A model generated the notes under the pieces. The model ran no database searches. It was not told the DNA's origin and worked only from the letters and a program-made list of their open reading frames with translations. The position numbers and the translations under genes were made by a program. Below, one piece after another: positions 42,289 through 52,000 of a DNA stretch of 64,000 nt (its first letter is position 1; each line of letters starts with the position of its first letter). Source of the stretch: an uncultured Candidatus Poseidoniales archaeon (GTDB taxonomy: Archaea > Thermoplasmatota > Poseidoniia > Poseidoniales > Thalassarchaeaceae); the NCBI GenBank assembly GCA_902625325.1, contig CACOAW010000002.1, forward strand, positions 14,971 through 78,970, given 5' to 3'.

Positions 42289-43266
42289 CTATCGCTCGGA
42301 CCATACCTTTAGCCACTCTGATATATTCCTCTCAATATCGTCTTCTGATACTTCTCTGTCTACGACATTCCCACCTTCAATAGGCTTAATTCTACATCCA
42401 CATGCATTGGCATGCCCCCCGCCATCGGGATCGAAAAGGGTTGCTAGGGCAGTCAAGTCGTAGATTCCACCACTTCGGTGTAGGAATGAGTTGGTGTAGA
42501 AAGAAGCGGAGACTGGGTATCTTCCAGAGTCTCCGAAATCAGCACCCAATTCACCGTGAATGATCATACACGCATCGCATTCGTCTCCAGCCATTGCAGT
42601 GACATGGTAGCCGTTAGAGCGGATTCCCAAACCGTCCATTCGAACTATTGCTATTCGATCCTCTATGCGCATGCTAGAGAGTATAACCTCCTTCAGATAT
42701 ACCAACTCCTCCTCCTTCTCAGCAACTAACTTGGAAATTTTTGTATTTGACATAATCTCTTCGGTTGTCGCCCCAGTTCTCAATTTCTCAAGAATCCAGG
42801 CCGCTGTATCCTCTCCAGAATCAACTATCCTGCTTAGCCAGATAGCAGGGGCGTGAGAGAGAAACTCCTCATTAGATACCGAACCACTGTCGAGCTTGTC
42901 AACCCAATCTAGTAAATCCTCAAGGTCAGAAAGATCGATAACCTCGCGGAACAATTCATAGGCGATTCGAGCTGCAGAGGGGCTATCTTCCCATACTACC
43001 ATCGCATTGCTCTCATTGCCTACTGGTCTGTTTGATTGATGATGATCAATGCTCAGTCCACAGTTGGGGTGCTTCGGTAGATCGCAAACTGCAGTCCATT
43101 CATCAATCAAGTCATCGAAAAGACCCGCTCGCAGTTCTCCTGGATGACCGAAGACCACTTCGGCATCCGTCCACCAACGCCTCAGTATCGCTGCAGTTAC
43201 CACTCCATCCAGATCACTATCGGTGACGATACGCCTGATATCCAAATCTGATGGATGCATCGTCAT
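42289..43266 (-). CDS. DHH-family phosphoesterase
   Basis: DSDLDG, VCDL, IDHH, GGGHANACG; start 43260 or 43266. Confidence 0.85.
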   Translation of the reverse strand: MTMHPSDLDIRRIVTDSDLDGVVTAAILRRWWTDAEVVFGHPGELRAGLFDDLIDEWTAVCDLPKHPNCGLSIDHHQSNRPVGNESNAMVVWEDSPSAARIAYELFREVIDLSDLEDLLDWVDKLDSGSVSNEEFLSHAPAIWLSRIVDSGEDTAAWILEKLRTGATTEEIMSNTKISKLVAEKEEELVYLKEVILSSMRIEDRIAIVRMDGLGIRSNGYHVTAMAGDECDACMIIHGELGADFGDSGRYPVSASFYTNSFLHRSGGIYDLTALATLFDPDGGGHANACGCRIKPIEGGNVVDREVSEDDIERNISEWLKVWSER

Positions 43267-43358
43267 AACCTCTGGGCGAGCAATCTCGTCAATGGTGATT
43301 TCTATGATAAAACACAATCACGGAAGGTTTTCATCTCTAATAGATGCATGACCGAGAT

Positions 43359-43793
43359 ATGCAGGGCAAACCTGGACCCCTTGAGACCTCATGCGGCTTC
43401 ATACTACTGAATTTTGATAGCATTCTTCTTCTACAGTACCCACAGGGACACTGGAGCTTCCCTAAGGGGCACGTGGAGAAGGGCGATGCTGATCATCACT
43501 CTACCGCCTTGAGAGAACTTACGGAGGAGACCGGAATATCTGATATCACCATCGATGGTGAGTGGACCCAGAAGACCGAGTATACCTTTTTCAGGAAGGG
43601 AAGAGAGACCCCAAAAGAGGTCTTCTGGTATTTGGCAGAGACAGACGAGTTGGAGGTAAGCCTCTCGCATGAGCATAACAACTACCTCTGGTTGCAGTTT
43701 GACGAGGCAGAGGAGCAGATCACATTCGAGCAAGAGAAGGAGCTACTTCGCTCTGCCCGGCATCACCTAAGGTCCAGCGGACGAAGTCTATGA
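43359..43793 (+). CDS. Nudix hydrolase, Ap4A hydrolase-like
   Basis: HWSFPKGHVE..ALRELTEETGI, LSHEH; start 43344 or 43359. Confidence 0.88.
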   Translation: MQGKPGPLETSCGFILLNFDSILLLQYPQGHWSFPKGHVEKGDADHHSTALRELTEETGISDITIDGEWTQKTEYTFFRKGRETPKEVFWYLAETDELEVSLSHEHNNYLWLQFDEAEEQITFEQEKELLRSARHHLRSSGRSL

Positions 43794-44405
43794 CTCTGCA
43801 TCTCTCTTGCCTAGCGGAGTCCAAAGGACCTCTTCCTCGCCGGTGTTTTTTGCAATCCACCTTCCCATCACAAACAACCAGTCTGAGATTCTGTTAAGAT
43901 AGCAAATAACCTCGTCCCTAACTGAACCATCGCCCTCGACGCTTCTCAAATGACAAGCCTCCCTCTCTGCTCTTCTGGCAACGGTTCTTGCTACATGTAG
44001 GAATGCAACCGGAGCAGATCCCATGGGTAAGATGAAAGATGTTAGAGGCTGTAATTCCTTAATCCAAACATCCATTTCTTCAATCAGCCTATCACACTCG
44101 TTCATGCCGACCAGCACCATTTGCTCGGGCAGCTTCCCGGGACTACAGGCGCATTCCCCCCCTATGTCGAATAACTCCTGTTGAACTCTGTACAACGCTT
44201 CATCAGCCTCACCGGGGCGATGGAATCTTGTCACTCCGGGCATCCTACCAAACTCCATCCGTACTACGCCAATTTGCGAATTTAACTCGTCAATAGTGCC
44301 ATAAAGCCCAACCCTGGGACTCTCTTTTCCGACCTTCTTTCCATCAAGAAGGGATGTCTCTCCACCATCCCCCGTTCCAGTGTGGACTCTCGTTATCCTG
44401 ACCAT
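43788..44405 (-). CDS. ATP:cob(I)alamin adenosyltransferase, PduO type
   Basis: TGTGDGGETSL, YGTIDELNS, ARTVARRAER, YLNRISDWLF. Confidence 0.93.
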   Translation of the reverse strand: MVRITRVHTGTGDGGETSLLDGKKVGKESPRVGLYGTIDELNSQIGVVRMEFGRMPGVTRFHRPGEADEALYRVQQELFDIGGECACSPGKLPEQMVLVGMNECDRLIEEMDVWIKELQPLTSFILPMGSAPVAFLHVARTVARRAEREACHLRSVEGDGSVRDEVICYLNRISDWLFVMGRWIAKNTGEEEVLWTPLGKRDAES

Positions 44406-44439
44406 GTTGTTCCCAAGAGGTTCATGTTTTCAACAGTAC

Positions 44440-45150
44440 TCAGATTGGTTCTGAGTCTGACAGGCCTCTCTCTATTGCCTCAATCCAAGAACTATCAACG
44501 GTTTCCCAGCCGCCCAACTTTTCTAGTTCGACTACGCATTCCTTTTCCTCCTCATGGTTGTTACTATGTCTATGAATAAGAATCAGAGCTGCGTAACTCA
44601 TCGAGTTTATCCATTGATCTTCCATATCCCAAGATCTCTCAAAGTGCGCTATGGCACCGTTGGGGCCCTGAATCAAGCCTCTGTGAATCTGTCTAAGCCC
44701 CGATTTAGACCACGCGATTCCAGGGACACCGATTACCAGTCCTCTGAACGCGAGATACAATTCCAGTGTTATCATTGTGCTGGCAAGAAGAAAAGATCCA
44801 ATCTGCTCTGCTTGATCTGCAACCTCCCATCTAGAGGAAAGCAGACTAATACCTCCAATGCAAAACAGGACTCCTGCAAGAGGGGCGACAATCACATCGG
44901 TCTTCGTCAGACTCATATCTCTAATGCCAAAAACAATGAATACTCCACCCAGAAATACCGAAATCGAAGCTGGGAGATCTTCTCCGGATTCCTCTGGACT
45001 TGTGCTAGCAATCCACAGTATCAGAGCCCCTGAAAACAGGAACATAGAGAATCTATACCCCTTTTCAGGAAAGGGCTGAAGCCTGCTGAGGTAGTAGCAA
45101 TAGGATCCTAAAACCAATAGAAGAGCTATCCAAAAAAACATTTCAATCAT
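44440..45150 (-). CDS. Hypothetical membrane protein (about 5 TM plus helical domain)
   Basis: Hydrophobic N-terminal half; overlaps the upstream ORF as an operon. Confidence 0.65.
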   Translation of the reverse strand: MIEMFFWIALLLVLGSYCYYLSRLQPFPEKGYRFSMFLFSGALILWIASTSPEESGEDLPASISVFLGGVFIVFGIRDMSLTKTDVIVAPLAGVLFCIGGISLLSSRWEVADQAEQIGSFLLASTMITLELYLAFRGLVIGVPGIAWSKSGLRQIHRGLIQGPNGAIAHFERSWDMEDQWINSMSYAALILIHRHSNNHEEEKECVVELEKLGGWETVDSSWIEAIERGLSDSEPI

Positions 45151-45460
45151 CTACCTTGCTGCCCCATCCTGCTTTCCAGAAGTCCTCATCGTCAAGTAAA
45201 TCTGACCATTCTGAGTCTCCTGCCTCTAAGAGCATCATGGCCCTCCTTTCGAGTCCCTCCAGAAGTGCTTCGTCCACCTCTTTCTCAGAAAATGCCTTGC
45301 GCCATACTACTCTTAGGGACTCGACTTCTAATTGGCCGGTCTCTCTGCTATCGAAACTCTTCTCGCAGATCTCCCTAAGATCTTGAATCCACATCTTCGA
45401 ACTCCTTACATGCGGCTCGCTGTGGAGAATCCTCTTTTTTCGGAAGGGCCACCATCCCAT
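45143..45460 (-). CDS. Hypothetical protein
   Basis: 105-109 aa ORF starting MGWWPF, coupled to the next gene. Confidence 0.6.
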   Translation of the reverse strand: MGWWPFRKKRILHSEPHVRSSKMWIQDLREICEKSFDSRETGQLEVESLRVVWRKAFSEKEVDEALLEGLERRAMMLLEAGDSEWSDLLDDEDFWKAGWGSKVDD

Positions 45461-45512
45461 TGTAACGGGCATACGTCGAAGCCAGATGTCTTGATGCTTT
45501 GTGAACCACTAA

Positions 45513-45971
45513 GTGCAAAAGCCTGCACGAGACAATGTGGGTCGTGTTGTCGTATACTTGGATAGCAATCCGAAGGATAGCGACATTGCATCCGTTATCA
45601 GAAGATATTTGGAGAGAGTCGAATCAAGAGGTATATCTATCGAGATATTCACATCCAAACGCGGAATCAAGAACTACGAATCAGAGCTTTCCAGATTGCC
45701 GGGAAGGCTAATCCTTCTAGATGAGGCGGGGGCTTCAATATCAAGTGACGGATTCGCCCAATGGCTAAATTCCGCTCATCTAGATAGCAATCCAACTAAT
45801 CTAGCGGTGGGGCCCCCAGATGGATTCAGCGACGAATTCAAGCAGTCCGCCGACCAAATAATCTCTCTGTCAGACCTAACTCTTACCCATGAGATGGCTG
45901 CTGCCCTACTGATGGAGCAACTCTACAGGGCATCCGAAATCATACGTGGTTCGGCTTATCACAGAAATTGA
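45513..45971 (+). CDS. rlmH: SPOUT methyltransferase RlmH-like
   Basis: LLDEAG, VGPPDGF, SLSDLTLTHE, EQLYRA, YHR; start uncertain. Confidence 0.85.
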   Translation: MQKPARDNVGRVVVYLDSNPKDSDIASVIRRYLERVESRGISIEIFTSKRGIKNYESELSRLPGRLILLDEAGASISSDGFAQWLNSAHLDSNPTNLAVGPPDGFSDEFKQSADQIISLSDLTLTHEMAAALLMEQLYRASEIIRGSAYHRN

Positions 45972-46086
45972 AAATCCCAGATGATACATCGGGGCTGCTG
46001 TGATACCCAAACCACCATACCGTGCCATCCATTGATAAGCACACAGAATCAGGCCATTACCTGCCCGAGGGTAAGCAGTGATTTGT

Positions 46087-49000
46087 ATGAACGTCAAACT
46101 AGAGAGAAAGACACAGAAGAAAATAATCCCAGCATTTTCAATGATAGCGATAATGCTACTCAGTCCTCAGATATCACTGCTACTGAATACTGACGATTCT
46201 CCAGAGAAAGGCAGCCGCGTCGAACCTCCCAAAAGAACAGCATATCAACAATTGGAACAACTTGGTGGATCAGTCCAGGGTGGGAATCAAAATTCTCCAT
46301 CCATGATGAGCCAATTCCAGACCGCAGCGTATCAAGACCCATTCTACAACGATCCCGCTGCACTCTACGGCAAGGTATCAGATCCATCCGCCCTGGCACT
46401 CGACCCGATGTACGGATTCTTTCTCGAAGAGACGAACACAGATGATCACGATAACGATGGTATTGACGATTTGAATGATCTAGATGATGACAATGATGGA
46501 ATCAACGATCTTATCGAGCGATTCGATGGTTGCTTTGGAACAGATCCTCTTGACCACGATAATGATGGCGTTAGGGACGAGTTCGACTGGGATGACGACA
46601 ATGATGGTATACTGGAGGGCCCAATCGACTACGATCAGGGAAACGACCCGTGGAATGTGACTTCAGACAGGTATGTAGAGCCCTTGACCAAACACCCTTG
46701 GACAGGGGATGAGGTTGGCTTCAATTACTTAGTAGACCAGAACCCAATGGATCACGATAATGACGGAATCACCGATGAGGACGTAGATGGATCGGGTCGC
46801 GGATCATACGATGAGGATGACGATAACGACGGCAGAATCGATCAGTTCGTTTGGCCCTGTGATTTCGATTCAGACGGAATACAGGATTACTTCGACGATG
46901 ACGATGACAACGATGGCGTATCAGACATCTCAGACATACACCCATGGGACCCCCTGCAGAATTCGTCTATCGAAACCGCACCCGATATACTGTGGGACTC
47001 TTGGGTCAGGTGGGATCCTGAGGATTACGGAGAGTATGTCGACGGACTGGACTACGTCGCCCTTCACGCCCTGGAGCACCCCAGAGAACAGGCTTTCTCG
47101 GAGATAGTGGACGGCGACCTCGATGGAGATGGAATTCCAAACTTCCTTGATCCCGACAACGACAACGATGGGGCCCCCGATTCCTCAGACACCGATGACG
47201 ACAATGATGGTCTGGCGGACATGTACGATGTAGACGACGACAATGACGGTATACCCGACTCATGCAGGCAGTTGGATACGAATGGAGATGGCCAAGGAGA
47301 CTATCCTTCACAGGCATTCAACGGCGCTGTAGTGGCCATCCAAGTACCCGGAACAGACTGTGAAATAGACTATGACGGGGATTTGGATGATGATAGATTC
47401 AGAGCCATCGATGCAGATTACGACATGGTCTGGGACTGGATTGATCCCGATATGGGGGGTACAACAAATCCAGACAACCTGCAGGGGGGGTCTCAACCCT
47501 GGGACTTGGATGATGACGGAATCCCCAATGAGGAGGACCCATACCCGATGAACTCAACAGCCGAGGTAGCAACATGGGACTGTGCCAGCGTTGCTAACCC
47601 GAATCCTCAGGACCCTAGCGATAATTGCGTACTTTGGCGGACGTCCTACACCGGATTCAACGACTGGGATGGCGATGGCCTGAACAACTGGGTCGACATG
47701 GATGACGACAACGACGGAATCCTGGATTGGCTGGACATAGACCCGGACTGCGACCTAGATAACGACGCAGATCTGCATGAGCTAAACGGCTCGATGTTCA
47801 GGGACGACGGAGCGAACGACATAGATACCGACGTCGATGGAGACGGTCTCCAGAACGACGAGGACTGGGACGACGACAACGACGGCATCAATGATTTCTT
47901 CGATCCTGATGACGGGAACTGCGGTGTAGTGGACATAGACAACACGGACAACTTCTACGGCAATAGCTGGCCTCAGGGAGACGGAGATGCCATCGATGGA
48001 TCGGAGGACGGAGATGCATATGTTGCAGTCCCAAACTACTACTGGAACCTAACTTGGGGATTCAACCCCTTCAATACAAACAACAGCTTCATGCTCGACT
48101 ACAACGGATACGATCCAAACAACTTCGACGACCCAAGTGGCATCATTCCTGAGATGTACTGGACTCTGATGATGAAGTGGAGCCCCTACAACGGTGACAA
48201 CTTCTTCGATATCGACAGCGACGGGGACTCCCTGGTAAACGGAATAGACGTGGATCAGGACGGAGATGGGATGCCCGATTGGTGGGATCAAGACGAGGGC
48301 AACGACGGCGTTCTGGATGTCGATGACGTCAAGATGGGAGGTACCTTGGATGGCAACTCATGCGGCACGGTCATCCTATCCGCAACAACCGAGAGATTCT
48401 GCGGCCACATCTACGCTTTCCAATACAAGGCGCCTCTGCTTACTCCGACTCAATCAGGTGGCCAATCCTTCACTGTTCCATACAGCAGCAGGCCCGACTC
48501 TGAATGGGATGATGGTGCATATGATGGGACAAACCACCCCACTGGAATGGGCAGTTGTGACAGCAACTGCTTCTGGTTCACATTCGATCCGACTAGCAAC
48601 CCAACCCCTTCAGTTGCGTATACGTATAACGACATCAAGAATAATAGAGATTTATGGATAGCTTACCTCGGAGTCACCGTCTTCGGATTCTTCCAGTGGA
48701 CTTCGGACGCTAATAACAACTTCTTCCCCGATGAGATTGCTGACGATCTCAACGATGACGTAGATCCGGACGTGGACTGCGGGCAGCCTATGCCGGAGGT
48801 ATCGTGGACCCCAAGTTGCATGTACAACAATACGAACGACTTGGACGATGACTGGGACATAGTCTACGATCACTTCGATGTGGACGATGACAATGACGGA
48901 ATCTGGGATTATTTCGAGATCGACTCAAACGATGATCTAGATGATGACTCAGGGATCGAGGAGCCATACTACTTCACCGGAAGCAATTGCGAGGACAATG

Positions 49001-52000
49001 ACGACGACGGTCTGGATACAGACCCCGACGATGATGGAATATACCAGGCAGTATGGGACAAAGGAGTACTAGGCCAGGCCCTACTATTCCCAGAGTACTA
49101 TGATGTGGATAACGATAACGACGGAGTTCCGGACGGGGAAGACCCAGACGACGATAATAACGGCCTGCTAGACGAGGCTCAGGAGGCATTCGAAGGATGC
49201 TTCACAGGGGAGGAACAGAGCCCATGGGACCACGACAACGATGGGATAGTTAACTGGGCAGATGACGACTGGGACGGCGACGGAATTTCAAATTCCCTAG
49301 AGCTACAAAACCTCAATGATACCAACGGGACAGCAGATCCTATTGACGATACCTGCTGTCTCAACTTCCCCATAGCCCCATGGGACCACGACAACGATGG
49401 GATAAGGGACGATATAGACGAGGACGATGATTACGACGGTATGAAGGACGAGGATGAAGTGATGCTATGGCCTTCGCGATACGGTACCGAATCAACGAAT
49501 CCATGGGACCACGACGACTTTGGAGGAGGGGTCGGACTGGCCAACCCCAACAACAACTCCACGGGTCCAGATTACTTCGATGTAGACGACGACAACGATG
49601 GAAGGGCGGACTTGGACTGGAACAACCCCTCTTCGGGGGATTGGGCCACACCATCAAACAAGATTGAGGAATCTTCAGGATGGAGCTCGGATTGGGATTC
49701 TGACAATGATGGAATTCTAGACAACGACGATAAGATACCGACTAGAATAACTCTGAACGCCCCATCCGTATTGTGGCTAGACGAAAACCGGCCAGTAATA
49801 TTCAATGGCTCCGTATTCTGGCTGGACGATACAGGTTTCGTCCCAGCACCAGACCTCCCCGTCCAGGTCCACATTAGGTACTCTACGAACGGCACATCCG
49901 TCATAGAGACTATCGACGTCCTGACTGACGACAACGGGGAGTATATCGTCGGCCAGTTCTTGTTCCCGGAAGACATCGATGTAGGGCCCAACTCAACCTA
50001 TGAGGTCTACTCAGAGGTCACCGAGATGTTCGTTCACGACTACAGCTCGACGCTCTCAGACACTGACGGAGACGGCATCGGAGACTCGGGGATGCCTGTA
50101 GAGGTTAGGGCGAACACCACGATTGGATTCGTGTCCGGGGAGAGGTTCAGATCAGACGAGCAACCCCTCAAGCTAGACTTCAAGGTCCACTACTCGGCAG
50201 ACTACAACAGAGGGATTTTCGATAACAGACTACCCTATGCGCCAGTCTCCTTCACGATTAGCGACCCAGGCCCCCAGTTTGGGAACATCACCCATCCGAC
50301 TGTCTACGATGGATACGGGAACGGATACAGGGCTGACGCAGGAGGCTGGGTTTCACTAGCTTACAACCAATCACTGGATGTATGGGAACAGGTCCAGTGG
50401 AACTCACTGCTGGATAATGGCCCCGGCGTCCCGACAGGCGGATATGAGGAGATAGTGTGGAACCCGTGCGGACCGCTCAATCCAGTAGGATCCCATTCTG
50501 TCATAGCGCCCTATGAGTACAAGAATACCTCGCTCCCTGTTGGTGACTACACCTTCATCGGATTCTCACGTCCTGATCTGGGAGGATGCACTGACGACTC
50601 CTACGAATGGCCCTGGTCCCACCTCGAGGGTTCGGAGACGGACGCCTTCTACATACGTTCCATGCACAGGATGTTCATAGAGGCCGAGATGTCAGCGGCC
50701 TCCTTCAGGCCAGTCTACTTCTGGGACTCTACCCAGTTCACAGGATCGTCCTTCGGCGCATGGAGGGCTCTCTTCCATGCCCCATCGCTCGCAAATGCGA
50801 ACATGACGTATCAGGAGGCCAGTCTTGGCAAGCCATACCCGCTTCTATGGGACGGGACTCCCTCGGGTCTCTCTGGAATAGCAGCCGGCGCCCTCGCCCC
50901 GTTCCTGTCCTCTGATGGGATAAACTGGACCATAACGATGCAGAATGCGGCTGACTTCGACTCGCCTCCATGCGGACCGGTCGACCCACTCGATCCCAGC
51001 AGCCAGATCCGCTGCGAGATTGTACCGGAGATATTCGCAGGTGAGTCCGTCAGGGTAAGGGGGCACGTCTGGAACAAGACAATGGTGCCCGTCACTGACT
51101 TCGACGGCGATGGAGCGAAAGACCCCATAGCCGTACAGATAGACTTGGACTACAATGGCATCTTTGCTGGATCCATAGAGACTCGAGTGAACCAGCGACT
51201 GGACATCGATACAGAGGGCCTCGCAACATTCGACCACGACATAATCTGGGACCCATACTGGCCAGCATCGACATACGGCTTCAGAGCCGACTTCGGCCAG
51301 GCCGACTACTTCTTCACCGGAGAGCAAGCAGGAGTCCTAGCAGCTACCGGCGCGTACGGAAATGTATCGGTCATAGGTTCCACTGACTTCCTAATGACAT
51401 CTCTGACGCGCCTCTACAGGGGCCAGAACGCGACTGTCGAGGCCCGTCTGATTGACAATGCCGGGCTTCCTGTACGTGAAGCCCCAGTGAACTGGTCATG
51501 GTCCGAAGACCAATCGAGCGGTGTGGTTTTCACCGACAACAACGGGATTTTCAGGGTCAATCTGACAGACATTGACACCCTGGGGAACTTCTCGCTCAGT
51601 TTCACCTACCTCGGAGATAAGTTCAGGCTGGGAAGTACGGACTCAGTAGACATGTGGGTCGTTTCACGGACCTTCATCAACGTTCAGAGCACCAGTCCCA
51701 ACATCAGATCAAACGGTGATCTGTGGGAATTCACCGCTGTTGTCACCGATGATAATAGAACTCCATTCGACAAGGACGGAGGCCAGGTTCTGAATAGCTG
51801 CGAGGGAGAGATGCAGAATCCTGAGGGATACGACCTGGGAGGCAACGTAACGGTAATCTTCGAGGGAATAGACTTCGAGGACAGGACCCACCGACAGATA
51901 GTTTCGGTCGAGTGCCCGGCATCTGGCTCCATCGGCTACGGACAATACCTTGACCCGCAGCTGCTGAAGGACGATCCATTCTCCTTCCTTCCCGATGGTT

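Noticed and set aside
45972-46086. Small RNA between rlmH and the giant gene
   Set aside because: Only short hairpins and no convincing C/D or H/ACA boxes; probably promoter and 5' UTR
46435-49735. CRISPR-like or tandem DNA repeats
   Set aside because: Repetition (gacgacaacga-like) is codon-level from Asp-rich motifs; no constant repeat-spacer structure
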